Of a stretch of 64,000 nt of DNA, positions 49,821-63,112 are shown piece after piece (positions within the stretch are counted from its first letter, which is position 1; the number at the start of each line of letters is the position of its first letter). The DNA lies in contig NC_057756.1 in NCBI RefSeq assembly GCF_004010195.1, forward strand, positions 4,309,603 to 4,373,602. The letters run 5' to 3'. The translations under genes were made by a program, and so were the position numbers. The DNA is from Chiloscyllium plagiosum (Eukaryota). The notes under the pieces were generated by a model that was not told the DNA's origin, did not search any database, and saw only the letters and a program-made list of their open reading frames with translations.

Positions 49821-51002
49821 ATGTGTTGCTGCCTCGTCTCTTGATCTGGGAGTAGACTTAATGAAAACCTGTGAGCCCCAGAGGAAAGGCATTGAATCAA
49901 TTAACCAAATAATCAATTCTCTGAACTAAATAGTGCTGCAGATCTCGTTCGCATAATCCAGTTCCTCTGTATAAACTGGTATTTTGTGATTTTTTTAAAA
50001 ATTAATTCAGTGTGCAAAGTAGGAAGAAAGCTTGTTGGAGTAACTGACAGCTGATTGCAACTGATATATGGCATACTGATTCAGAGGATCAGCAATTTAA
50101 CGAACGATAGTAAAGAAAGCTTTTCAGCTATGGGCAAAATTGACAGAGCATCGTAATTAATAAGTGCAGTTTTGGACCTCAACGATAAGCAGCAGTCCGG
50201 ATATAAACAACTTTTGCAACATTAATTTCGATATAGTGGAAGAATAAACAGAATTCTGTCTTCTAATATCTCAAATGGACTGAAACTATATACATAGCAC
50301 GAAATGAAAGCAAGCAACAAACTGTACGAAGTTGCTTGTTAAGTGATAATGTCAGAAAAAGGTCGAAATATATGGCAAGGCCACAATCCAAACGTTCACT
50401 TTCCAACCAGCATACTTCCAAAGTTGATTCTCACATGGGAAATTAAGTGAAAAAACGAATAATGATAACAGTAACTATTAAAGGATTCTGGATCAGTCAG
50501 ACTTTAGCTTTCAGAAAATCGAAATTTAACTTAGTTTCACCCCCAAGGAAAAAGAAAATAGCTTATTCTTGCCGGTCAAAAAATCCTGTTTTGCCAATGT
50601 CACACTTTTAAAAAATCACTCGAGGAAGAAAGCTTACGTTATGAATGTAACATGGTGAATTACATTTGGCAATTAAGTTCTGCCAAACGGAATTGTTTGT
50701 GCCTTGCTTGTTGATGTAAATCGAAGTTTGTTTTTAATGAAAAAAGAATATCTATGCACTGTCCTTAATTTTATTGCTGCCTTTGTGGTATTTAATGGCT
50801 TTCTGACGCCAGATAAATTGCTGAACAAAAAATTAAGAGATAAATGCAAAAGTATGTTTTGAGGGAACCAGCCTCTGATCACTCTCTTAAATAAATCACT
50901 TACTTACTGTCAATTTTTTCACTTGAATAAATATGTCTCCTTGGAGCAGTTTTGAAAGCGCATTTTGTTCTCACTTTTAATTTGTTGTCCACCAAAGTTG
51001 CT

Positions 51003-51629
51003 CGTCTTATTGACCGGTCCAGACCCCTCAAAACAGTTGAAGAAGTCGCCCAGAGATTATCTTTGCAATTTGATTTAAGCTAGTGTACATTGGATATTCC
51101 TTGAGAAAATTAACTAGTCAGCCGACGTAGTTTTAACCAAAACAGAATTTATTTATCTGTTCACAGAGTGGAATACAAAGAACAGAAAATACAATACCGG
51201 ATAACTTGCCCAAAAACACGATAGTTAATCCCGATTAAATATTGCTGCGCCAAAATACTTGCAACCGCCCCAGTTAACAAAAACCCTTAGCATATAGAGT
51301 AAAAATAACACAAATAGCTTTCAGGTTACGAAGTCAGAAGGGCAGAAGGATGGAGACGACGGAGCGAGACTTGCTTCAGCAGCCTTTCTTCACACACACT
51401 AATGCTGAACTGGATCATAAAGCTCAGTTGCTAGGATTGGTCATTCCATTTTCATTATACAAGTTATTTTAAAGCATGAAAATCTTCTGCCTGAGGCAGT
51501 ATGTGTTATCTGTAAACAAATGGGCCCAAAAACTATCCAAACTCTCATAATTTTCGGGGTCTGGGCCACTTATAAACTCTCTGAAAATAAAGTCCCATCT
51601 AACCTTGTCAAAGTCATAGGTTTGTCATA
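51003..51629 (-). mobile_element. Probable solo LTR
   Basis: ~620-bp block with LTR-like ends (tattgaccggtccagacccctc ... tttgtcata) and minus-strand AATAAA; family recognised only tentatively. Confidence 0.45.
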
Positions 51630-51979
51630 CTAGTGCAAGAAAACGTTTAGGTAATATGAAGACAACAATAACAGTCAGAATCTTCTAAATAACGTCTATT
51701 TTTATGACAGAAACATCAGATTATTGCATTATGCCATGTTGAGTTTAGTCAAGATAGCAACTTGTTATTTTGCAACATAATTAATACTTTGTTATATGCG
51801 TGAGTTGGATGCTTTGTTACTGAGTGAGAGTTATAGCGAACTTCCTTACTCCAGTTTTTACTGACAAATCCACGTTTGTCTTCGGGCTTGATGCAACTGG
51901 ATCCTGAACCGATTCTGAAATAACATAAGTGATTGAAAGCAATATCTGAGGAGGGACATTTATGGTTTTCACTGTGAAG

Positions 51980-52006
51980 AATCTGGTATGATTTCACATT
52001 GTACAG
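51980..52006 (+). CDS. Candidate micro-exon (27 nt) in the B slot: ESGMISHCT
   Basis: ggttttcactgtgaag|AATCTGGTATGATTTCACATTGTACAG|gtaaga; phase 1/1 with a strong donor, but the peptide does not match the repeat. Confidence 0.4.
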
Positions 52007-52459
52007 GTAAGAGAATGCAGGATCTAAATGACAGCAGCTCTTCCTAATGAATGCAAAACCATTTTGAAGCAAGACTCAGTAATTGAGACATTGACAATTA
52101 AAGAATTCAGACTAATTATTGTTTAACAAAGTGCAATATTTCTAGATAACTGCATAATGACAAATTGCTGCTTGCTAGTAATTCCAGTATTCCCCTCAAA
52201 CTGTTGTCGAGCGATTTTTTTTTTTGATAAACTAAGTGAAAGCAGTAGATGATTAAACAAAATGCTGTCATTGTACAGTGGTACTGAAGGGAGCTCGCTT
52301 TGATGTTCGGGGATTGAGTGCTAACCAATGTGGACTGATTGGTCCTGATGGTCTCATAATTCTTGGTTGTTCATAGAATGCCATTAAACAGACACATTTA
52401 GATATAATGCACACTTGTATTTTTTTTTTGCAGTCATACTCCATTATTATCCAGGCATA

Positions 52460-53440
52460 TGCTAGCCTCGGTGTTGGGATCTCAGCTTTTCACTTTATAC
52501 ATTAAAGATTTTGATGAAAGAGCTGAGTGCATTCTGGTTAGGTTTGCAGACGATACGAAGAGGGACAAGTGACATTGAGGAGGTCGCGAGGCAGCTGAAC
52601 GATTTGTACAGGTTAGCAGATTGGGCAAAGAAGTGGAATATCGAGAACAACGTAGGGAAATGTGAGGATGAATAGTGGCATGGACTATTTTCTAAATGGG
52701 AAGAAATTTCAGAAGTCTGAAGTGCAAAGCGACATTGGGTTTCCAGTCCAGGATTCTCTCAATGTAAATTTGCAGGTTGAATCAGTAGTTAGAAAGGCAA
52801 ATATAATGATGACATTTATTTTGACAGGTTTGAAAATAAGAGCAGGAATGTATTTCTGACAGTCTATAAGGCTCTGGTCAGAGAATATCTGGAGCATTTT
52901 GCTCAGCTTTAGCCCAATATCTAAGGAAGCATAAACTTGACCTGGAGCGTATTCGGAGGAGGTTGACAAGATCAGTCCAGGAATGAAAAGCTTAACGTAT
53001 AAGCAACGTTTGAGGACTCTGGGTTTCACTCATTACATTTTAGATGGATGAGTGAATTGAATCTAATTGAAACAGAATACTGAACGCCCTGAGGAGAGTA
53101 GACGCTGGAGAGATGTTTCTATTGTTAGGTGAGACTAGGATACGAGGGCACACCGTCACAGTAAAGAGAATTCCTTGTTGATCAGAGATAAGGAGAAATG
53201 TCTTCAGCCTGAGAGTGTTGAATCTTTGGAATTTATTTCCACAGAAGGCTGTAGAGGCTGTGTCATTGAGTACATTTAAGATTGAGAGCGTTAGTTTCTC
53301 TATCATCAAGGGAATCGAGGGTTATAGGGACAAAGCGGGAGAACAAGGTTCAGAAATTCATCAGCAGTGATAGAATGACGGATCGGCCTCAATGGGCTCA
53401 ATGGCCTAATTTCTGCTTCTGTGTTCTGTGGTTCTATGGT
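52460..53440 (+). mobile_element. CR1 3' part
   Basis: LFTLYIKDFDE..RFADDTK near 52485-52560; KSEVQSDIG..QVESVVRKAN; ttctatggtct tail. Confidence 0.88.
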
Positions 53441-55928
53441 CTCACAATGTTAAAATGAACTTAATTATGGTGAGTATCCCTGCCGTTTGTTGATTAGTTT
53501 GCAAACACAGATGTTTGCAAAGTGAAAAAAAAAGGAAGACGGTAGCTCTGTATTGGTTTGCATTTTTCTCGACTTAATCTGGCACAGTATTGACTGCTCG
53601 GTGACAAGCACGTCATTCTTGAGGGCGGCAGTTTTTACTTCCATAGCGACGTCCTTTGAAGAAGAGCTGAATACGATTTAACATTCTCAGCAGGAATAAG
53701 AACTATTTATGGATTGAACAGACCACCATGCATATTGCATAGTAAAATCTGAACAACGTGTCAGATATATTACAGATGAAATTTGAACTGATTTATATTT
53801 CCTAGTTGGCAGAATGAGATCACTGTCGCCTGCAGTGTATTATGAACAGCAGACGTTATTGCAAGACGAAATAATTCCAGTTATATTGCCAGTCAAAAAA
53901 TGACAGTGGATTTGTATCTGGTGGAAAGGCTGAATAAATAATATTTTATGAGACAGCTATTGTCCTCATCACTCTTAACACATTTGCATTACGACCTGTG
54001 AAACTAATATTTCCGGTACAATCGATAAAATAAATCTTACCCAAAATATATGCTGTACAACGGCTGCCCTTCAATAATGTATAATTCCTTACATTTGGCA
54101 AACAGGAACGAAATCAAGGGAAAATGAAATTAACACGTGAAAGATGGTTTTTAAAGTGCGAGACATGTATTTTTTTCTGCTATCGTAGTCATCAGCACAT
54201 TGGAAAATAAAGATGACAAGTAAATCTCGCTTGAAATGTTGGTGATGATTCCTTCAACAACGCATGTATTGCATTCTTTTGAATACTATGTAATTATGAT
54301 GATGCGTTTTGAGGTTAGACAAAATAAACTCCCCTCACATGTTGTTCATCATGTGCACCGGACAAGTGAATGAAAAGATGTACATATTCAAATGTTGATA
54401 TGGTGACGTATTTTCGCCTGGTCAGGTTGATGGGCATATGGTTAGAAACATGAGCATGTGTAAGATAAACATCTAAGACCGATTATCTGTCCTATTCTGT
54501 TAACTGAAATCCATTTAATTCGATGAAACTATATGTTACAAATGTTCATATGTATTCTGTTCTATATCGTGTCAAAACGTGCCACATTCAGTCACATATG
54601 TAAGAGTAGACAGATCGCCTCAACCAAATCATATGAACTTAGATATTTTAAATATCATCATCATTGTCTTAGTGTGATCATTTAGATTTACAAGATTTCA
54701 AAATGATTGCTGTGTGCTTACATGAGAGTCATCGTGGTTACATGAATGATTGTCAAGATTGATAGCCTCGATAGCTACTCACAAATTCCAATAATTTGTT
54801 GAAAGTACTGAGTAATAACGTTAAAATATAAACTCACCTCACTTGAAGAAACAAGTTTCTACTTTATTCTTGTGATGAAGATATGGGTGTACTGCGCCTT
54901 GAAGAAAATTAAAAGCTAGCAGAACGACCTGGCAACACCAAGTGGTGTGAACAAAATATAATGTTAGCTTTTCGTCCAGCAGCTACTGTAGCTGATTGCC
55001 TGGACACGGAAACAACATTGAATTAGGAAAATTATAACACCCCACCTTCCCCCGGAAAAAGTAGCAAACTCCAATCATGTTTGAATTTAGTGCATTGACA
55101 ATATTAAAAGCCAATGACACAATCCGATGCTTTGGGTGTATAAGATCAGAAAAACTTGAACAGCTGAGGTAGAGCTGCCAAAAGACAAGCAGATGTAGAG
55201 TGCTAGTCAGTACAGTCTGAGAAACGGAGTTTGTACATGTAAAAACACAGACACTGACCCGGAAAACAAATCTGCAAAGAAAAGATTCGACAGCTGGTGG
55301 GTTTTGGAGTTTGATTTCGTCAGGAAATCTTATTCGGGGTTTAATCAGATTGTATTATGGAAGAGAAAGTAAAAGATGAGAGGAAGGAGGTGAAATAGTT
55401 ATTGATTAATTATTCTCTGTTATATTTTAAGAAATGAAGTTGCTACTTTGTACTTGAAATAGTTCTTGGCCTCCCGAATTTTCACAGATTACTGCACGGG
55501 CTAAATATTTTCTGTGTTGCTATTTTAAGTTCTGACTAAACTGACAGGCAGAGTTTGTGAGGTATTTACCGCACGGTCAGATGATGTGTGAAAAAGTAAA
55601 GATGACAAACAGAAGCCAAAAGTATCGGGTATGCCTTGTGAACGTGTTGAAACCGCATTATATTAGAGTGAAAGACCTGGAGAAACAGCTGGTAGGTATT
55701 ACACCTCAGAGTGAGGAATCCACTGCAGATTATGTGGAGTTTGATGTTTCTCACAATAGGTGAAAAAATGAAGACGTCCTTGAGGAGTGGGATAATTTAG
55801 TATGCTATCTGTCTCAGGTGCATAGCATGCAGTTGAAAGGTGTGTTACTGCTGTATAAATACATACGTAAGAATCAGATGGGGAGTACTAATGCTATTGT
55901 ACATGAAGTAGACGTAGGGAATACTGCT

Positions 55929-56135
55929 GAAAATGTGTTGCTGGAAAAGCGCAGTAGGTCAGGCAGCATCCAAGGAGCAGGACAATCGACGTTTCAGGCA
56001 TGAGTCCTTCTTCAGGAAGAAGGGCTCATGCCCGAAACGTCGATTCTCCTGCTCCTTGGATGCTGCCTGACCTGCTGCGATTTTCCAGCAACATTTTCAG
56101 TTCAGATCTCCAGCATCTGCAGTGCTCACTTTCTT
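55929..56135 (+). mobile_element. Palindromic Penelope-derived mini-insert inside Gypsy pol
   Basis: ~85-bp inverted arms; 16-bp TSD cgtagggaatactgct at 55913-55928 and 56136-56151. Confidence 0.93.
55984..56018 (-). ncRNA. Minimal hammerhead-ribozyme-like motif
   Basis: Minus strand ttc-CTGAAGA-aggactcatgcct-GAAA-CG-TC-gat. Confidence 0.55.
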
Positions 56136-58080
56136 CGTAGGGAATACTGCTACAATAAAGCTACCCTATCGGCTTAATATTTTCAAAGCCAGAAAGGTAC
56201 AGGTGGAGGTGGAGTCCATGCTGAAAGAGGACATCATCGAACCAAGCCAGAGCGAGTGGAGTTCACCAATCGTCTTAGTTCCCAAACTGGTTGGAATTAA
56301 AGGATTCTGTGTGGAATATTGGAAGATCACACTGTTACAAAATCGGAGTCATATCCAGTTCCTATATTGGAGGACTGTATCGAGAAAGTCAGACAAGCCA
56401 GTTGCATCACCAAGTTGAACTTAATGCGTGGTCAATGTTAGGTAACTTTACCAAAGATAGTCAAAGAAATGTCTGCGTTTGTAAACCCAAATGGGTTTTA
56501 TCAATTTAAAGTGATGCATTTTGGAATGAAGAACTCACCAGCTACGTTCCAAAGACTCATGAACAGAGTTGTGGCTGGGTTAACAAACCGTGCATTGTAT
56601 TTGGACAACATAGTGATCTTTAGTAAGTCCTGCAAAGATCATATGTTGCAGTTGGCAGAGCTCTTTGATCATCTACCAGAAGTAAAACTGGTGATAAAAT
56701 TAAGTAAAACTGAATTTATGAATGTAGAGGTTACGTTCTTGGGACATAATATTGGTCTTGGAAGTTTGACCCCACAGATTGCAAAGGTGAAGGCCATCGA
56801 AGAATTTCCACGACCAAACTTGGAGAAAGAGGTGTTTTGATTCTTAGTACTCAGTGGAATCTATCATAAATGTGTACTAAAACTCAGCAATGTCGTAGCA
56901 TCATCAACCAAATTGCTGAAGAAGAATGCACAGTTTTTGTGGACAGATCAATGCCACTTGAAATCGATATTCACAACCAAACCAAACGTTTTAAAACATT
57001 TTAAAGTCTTCATCGATGCGAGTGACATAGCAGTTGGAACTGTACTCCTAAAGCAAGATGAGGAAGGAATTGAATTGCCATTTGGTTACTTTTTAAAGAC
57101 ATTAACATACACCAAAGGAAATGCTCCACAATTGAAAAAAAAAACTATTGAGTTTGGTACTGGCCTTTTTAATGTTTCTGTCACGCACAATGAGTCACAG
57201 ACAGTTTTGTACACGGATCACAATCTGCTTACATTCTTACAAAGTTTTAAAGACAAAAATATGACACTATTTCATAGGAGTCTTACGTTAAAGACTTTTA
57301 ATTTAAAAATTGTACATGTGTCGGTCTTAAGAATGAAATCGCAGGTGCGTTATCGTGGATTTAACTGATGAAGTTTAGATGAGATTCGTATTTATTTAGT
57401 AGTATAGATATATACAATTACATGGGAAGAATTAACGTGAACTTAAATTAAGGTTATCAGTATGTCATGATAATGTGTTTAAAGAATAGAAAAAAAGAAG
57501 CTGTCTTTTCATTATCATGGTCCATTTTTCTTTAGTGGCGAGGGGGTTTGGAAGATGTGGGTGTACTGTAACTTCAAAAATGCCAATGACAAAATTCAAT
57601 GTTGTGGGTGTATAAGCCTGGGCGAATAAAATCGAACAGTTGGGGGAGAACTGCGAAAGGACCAGCACATGTAGACTGCTAGTCAGTACTGTCTGAGAAG
57701 TACCTGTCTAGAGAAGCAGTTTGCACAGAGAAATACATCGACACTGGCCTGGAGAGTAAACCTGCAAAGAGAAGAGTCAACAGCTAACTAATTTTGGAAT
57801 TTGAATTTTCCAGGAAATCTTAATCTAGGGTTTTATAGGACTATGTATTACAGAAGAGCAGTAAAAGATAGGTTAGAGTAAGGATTTGTAAATACGTGTT
57901 AGTTAATTATTTTCTGTTATGGTTTAAGAAATAAGTTGTTAATATCTACTCTAAATAGTTCTTGGCCTGTCGAATTTTCACAGATTACCACACGGAATAA
58001 ATCTTTTCTGCGCTGTTGTTTTAAATTCTGCAAGAAGATTTACTCCATCTTATAACACTATTGATCGCCTTGTCTTACAG

Positions 58081-58107
58081 ATTCTGAAATCAATGAAAAA
58101 CCTGATG
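58081..58107 (+). CDS. Candidate micro-exon, diverged A-like (27 nt): DSEINEKPD
   Basis: gccttgtcttacag|ATTCTGAAATCAATGAAAAACCTGATG|gtaaaa; hydrophobic at position 4 and K at position 7 as in type A. Confidence 0.6.
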
Positions 58108-60224
58108 GTAAAAAAAACATATAATTTCTGCCAAACATATTTTTTTCCCGACGTTTTAGAAAATTGTCAGAGTTTGTTGATTATTATTAACTGCTTCCAC
58201 AAGTATCCACTAACACTGCTGTTCGTGGGTTGGCAGCTTTGGGGCATGAATGCATGTTCTTAAATTGTCAAAATTAAATGACAAAAAAGGTAATTGCATT
58301 CAACTGGCTCTTAATCAGCGCAAAGATATTTCAATGAAAAGAATGTTCATTAAGAAACAGAAGCATGTAGGAATCACTTTTTAATAGAATGCATCAAATG
58401 CAATAAAAATGAAAATATTAAGTGCTTGGAAGGCGGCCAGACCTGCAGAATTGCAATGCTGAACGCATCAATTCATAATTTGGAGATAACATTTAAATGT
58501 TTGGTCAAAGAAAGTCTCACATATTCAGAAATATCACATGAAGGATCAATGGTTTTGGGACAATGAGTTCTTGACACATGAGCTGGCACTTCAATACTGA
58601 TAGACAAACTGACTTTGCTAAAGTCGTTGGACGTTTGAACTGTGGCATTTTCTTCAAAGTTTCAGAGAACACAAATAATTAGGAATGCCATCAATTCACT
58701 TCCAAACATCTTCACAAATGACAAGTATTTAGTGAGGATTCTTCAAAAATAGTTAACTGTTAATGAACAATGTATGCTTCCACTTTCGTCTGTTTGGAAA
58801 GATTGGACAAATCGTTCCAAAATTACATTGAATTGAATTTCCACGAGAATTTGCAAATATTCAAAGGGTAACACAAAATAAAACAGGTATACCAGAATAC
58901 TATAAAGACGACATAGCCTATATTTATGTGTCAACTCGGAGTAAAGTTTATGATTCATAAATGAAAATGTTGAAACTTTGCTTCCACAGTATAAAGGAAT
59001 AATGCCTGAGCAGGAAAAGAAAAGACTATCATTTGCTTCTCATTACTGCAAACAGTTCCCAAACCAAATTGAAAAACAAGTTCATGCATCACTCACCCTC
59101 ATTTGTAAAAGCAGTTGCAAGAGACAACCATCCAATTTCATTCGTCAATTTGGCTATTTCAACAGGACTGAAGATGTCTACTCAGACATTAGAGTTTGAA
59201 TGTACCCAAATCTATGAGACAAACGTTTTGGTTACTTTCATCATACTTTTTTTTTGACAACTGCCTTTGAATCTCTTATTTTTGATAATAATTACGTAAG
59301 ATATCAGGAAATCTGGAAGCGAAATCGGGAACGAATTCGAAGATCATATGAATTTAGCCTATAGAGTGAGTTGTAAAAAAAATTAACATAAAGTCACTGA
59401 GTTTATTTTAAGGGAAAGCCAAAATATAAGAGATGCACTCAAGAAGACATGGCAATATTAAAGCAAAAGTAGTCTTTTTTTCTTGGAAGTATAACCAAGA
59501 TCAATTTATTTCTGGAGAGGCAAGAGAGGAGCATAAAAATGCCCACTTATGGTGCACACAACGAATTTACTAAATATTGATATTTATGTAAGAAAGCTGA
59601 TATATGTTATAGCCAGTCTCTCTGCGAGCAATTATCTTTATTAGAAAGGGCAGCAACGCATCAAAAACTGTGTCTTAAGGGATTTTTTCAAAATAGTGTC
59701 GAAGAAACCACTCAGCAACGATGTTTGCTGCATTCACAGGGTTCGGGAAAGTATTTACTGTGTTGCAAAATATTAGAACAGTAAATCAGGAATAATTCAT
59801 ATTAAATGATTAATAGAAACTCAAGAGATAAAAAAAAGCTTCCATTGGAAATAGTGTCTTAGTTCTTCCAGGGAGATGTGCAAGATCTTTAAAATTATCT
59901 TTTGTGTTTGAGTTGTCAAATTAATCAGGGAAACAATTAGATAATATGTGAACGTATAAGAATAACAAAACTCGGACCAAGTAATAATTTCATACAATGC
60001 ATGGGTGATCACGGATTTTAGCCAGAATTAGAGTTATTCACTTCACATTTCATACATGTATCAGAATAGTGGAGTACTCTCAGCACCACTACTACCAAGA
60101 GTGAAATGTAAAAGCAAAAAACCAACGGAAGTCTAGCAAGTGATGCATTGCACCTCGGTTGGTGAGGTAGATATATTATAAAAACGAACAGACGAGATGG
60201 TGGCAGAACAGTAGTGTATAAAAA

Positions 60225-60525
60225 CATGAGTGTCATGAATAGGGTGAATGCCTTGTCTCTATTTCCCAGGATTGGGGAATCAAGGACAAGAGGACATTAG
60301 TTTATTGTCACGGGCAAAAATAAAATGGATGCTGAGATGCAAATTTTACACAGCAGGTGGTATATATATATATATGGAATGAACAGCCAGCGGAAGTCGT
60401 TGAGGTGTGTGCATTAATAAAATTTGAAAAGGCAATTGGATCAACACATTGATAGGAAAGGTTTAGAACGATATGGGCCAAGTACTGGAAAAGGGGATAA
60501 GTATGAATGGACATTTGTTGTGTCA
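60225..60525 (+). mobile_element. CR1 3' fragment
   Basis: KRQLDQHIDRKGLERYGPS. Confidence 0.8.
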
Positions 60526-60574
60526 TGTACAGCGAGTCCCTGGCTGAGAATATGCGAAGAAGGCACTCCTGCAA

Positions 60575-61530
60575 CATATATAAATGATTTGGATGCAAGC
60601 ATAAGAGGCATAGTTAGTAAATTTGCAGATGGCACCAAAATTGGAGGTGTAGTGGACAGCGAAGAAGGTTACCTCAGAATACAAGCGGAATCTTGACCAG
60701 ATGGGCCAATTGCCTGAGAATTGGCAGTTGGAATTTAAATCAGATAAATGTGAGGTGCTGCATTTTGGGAAAGCAAATCTTAGTAGGACTTATACATTTA
60801 ATGGTAAGGTCCGAGGGAGACCTTCGAGTGCAGGTTCATAGTTCCTTGAAAGTGGAGTTGCGGGTAGACAGGATAGTGAAGAAGGTGTTTGGTATGCTTT
60901 TCTTTATTCGAACGAGTTTTCAGTACAGGAGTTGGGAGTTCATTTTGCGGCTGGACAGGCCATTGGTTAGGCCACTGTTGGAAGACTGCGTGCAGTTCTT
61001 GTCTCCTTCCTATTGGAAAGATGTTGTAAAACTTGAAAGGGTTCAGAAAAGATTTACAAGGACGTTGCCAGGGTTGGAGGATTTGAGCTATTGGGAGAGG
61101 CTGAGCAGGCTAGGACTGTTTTCCCTGGAGTGTTGGAGGCTGAGAGGTGATCTTATAGAGGTTTACAAAATTATGACTGGTATGGATAGGATACATTGAC
61201 AAAGTTTTTTCTCTGGGGTGGGGGACTCCAGAGTTAGAGGGCATAGGTCTAGAGTGAGAGACGAAAGATATAAAAGAGACCTAAGGGGCAACGTTTTCAT
61301 GCAGAGGGTGGTGCATGTATGGAATGAACTGCCAGAGGAAGTGGTGGAGGCTGGTACAATTGTAACATTTAAGAGGCATTTTGATGGGTATATGAATAGG
61401 AAGGGTTTGGAGCGATATGGGCCGAGTGCTGATAGGTGGGAAAGATTGGATTGGGATATCTGGTCAGCATGGAGAGGTTGGACCGAAGGCTCTGTTTCCA
61501 TGCTGTATATCTCTATGACTCTATGACTCT
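60575..61530 (+). mobile_element. CR1 3' part, relatively young
   Basis: YINDLDASIRGIVSKFADGTKIGG; LVRPLLEDCVQF..LERVQKRFTR..RLRGDLIEVYKI; (tctatgac)n tail. Confidence 0.95.
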
Positions 61531-61614
61531 AAAACAGCATTGAAACAGATTAGAAAAACAAATAACCCTTTCCTCCAGAGGGGCCATTTCTATTACTTAA
61601 TGTAATTCTGGAAA

Positions 61615-62345
61615 GAAGAAATGTCGTGTTTGTGAGTATGTTCGAACTGGTAGGAAGTTGATTGACAATGGTTTCGCACACTGTCTCAGTATCATCTTGC
61701 ATACTCCTGCGAAGCGCTGTCCTACTCTGTTGCGAGACAAATGACAACCTCCTGGAAAAACAGAACAGACGACACGTCGGGGGGTCTAATTTCAATCATT
61801 GCATTATCAAATTACTAGACTGAACTTGACGGCATACTTCGCATTCACTAACGAAATATATAAACAGATCAATGTGACACAGATAGGCTCAGCCCTCTCC
61901 GAACTCACAGCAGACGCAGTGTTACAAAGACTGGAACAAGCAACCCTCCTACAAATCAGACCCGAACTCTGGATCAGATGATACTTTTGTAATTATTAAG
62001 AGAACAGAAATTGAATGCAAACAATGGTTATCAACATCATGCTCACATGTATCACATTGAAGAGAGAGGAGAACACCAATAATCAACTCTTGTTCCTAGA
62101 TGTGATGGCAGAAAGAACACAGAACGGTGCATAAACCACAAACGTGTACAAAAAGCCAGACATATGGACTGGGTGTTGAGCTACAACATCAAGCACTGAA
62201 ACACACACAAGAGAAGCCATATTAGTACCCTTTTCAAAAGAGCTACATTTCAGCTCGCCCGACATGTAAAGAGAAAAATAACATCTCTACTGAACTTCAT
62301 GAAAACGGATATCCCTGCAATCGCAACCATAGATGCCTAACAGAA
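61615..62345 (+). mobile_element. Penelope-like RT fragment of a different family, preceded by an inverted terminal-repeat remnant
   Basis: QLLFLDVMAERTQNG..TTNVYKKP (~62085-62160) and ENGYP (~62300); minus-strand gatga...gaaac remnant at ~61665-61700. Confidence 0.65.
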
Positions 62346-62388
62346 AAGCATGGCATGATATGATTTAATGTATTTGTAGCATCTCCAG

Positions 62389-62424
62389 AACTGGCACAAA
62401 ACAGTAAGTCTGGTGAAAATCAAG
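62389..62424 (+). CDS. Candidate B-like micro-exon: ELAQN (15 nt, gtaagt donor at 62404) or ELAQNSKSGENQ (36 nt, GC donor at 62425)
   Basis: gtagcatctccag|AACTGGCACAAAACA(gtaagt)...CAAG|gcaaaa; aligns to ELAACEKSLEDF. Confidence 0.45.
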
Positions 62425-63112
62425 GCAAAAATGATTAGGTGACACATGCGAGCTCTACACTGTCTTGACAACTGTTGATTGGACTCGGAATTGAGCATGT
62501 TGATGATGGTGCAGGGGTTGATTGTATAATTATATAATGTAGTAATATAGAAATAAAAATATACACGCACAAACAGGCAAGTAATCAGATCTTTACCAAG
62601 ATAAGTTCAAACTCAGCGTAGAACCAAAGGTGAATGCTAACTTTGTAAACAGCAGGAACCCTGTTGTGTGCAATATACAAAATTCCAAAGCTCAGTAAGA
62701 TGCAGGAGAAGCGTTTTTAAAAACGCAAGCAGCACCATGTGCACATAATATATCCTTAACTGCAGTAGGAGATGTAATATGGCATTTAAAATAAAAGCAT
62801 GTGATAAAAAGAAATACTATCAATTTACACACTTCTTTCATTGAGAGATAACATGCTGTGATTGCATCTTTGTCTCCTTTAAAGTTTGGTATCGATTAGC
62901 TGAGGTTGTTGCGAAGCTCTTCTTGAATTTATGAACATCCCAATCGTAAAAAACAAACCTCACAAAATTGTGACGACAACACAAAACGTTGTTACGTTTG
63001 TAAGATATATTTCTCCTTGTTTTCCATTCATTGTTTTGTGAACGACATAACATAGGTCTTATTTGATACGCTCCAGCATGTTTTCTTATATAACTCGACA
63101 AAAAAATGCAAC

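Larger units (their letters stand above)
54871..58057 (+). mobile_element. Internally deleted Gmr1-like Gypsy LTR element (INT C-terminus, RT, RNase H)
   Basis: LTRs ~54871-55530 and ~57547-58057; RVCLVNVLKPHY (INT end) precedes SQSEWSSPIVLVPK, MHFGMKNSPATFQRLM..YLDNI (RT) and IDASDIAVGTVL..YTDHNLL (RH); PPT gtggcgagggg. Confidence 0.9.

Noticed and set aside
49204..49916. Pro/Thr-rich 147-152 aa minus-strand ORFs
   Set aside because: Stop-poor low-complexity G-rich tract; no coding signature.
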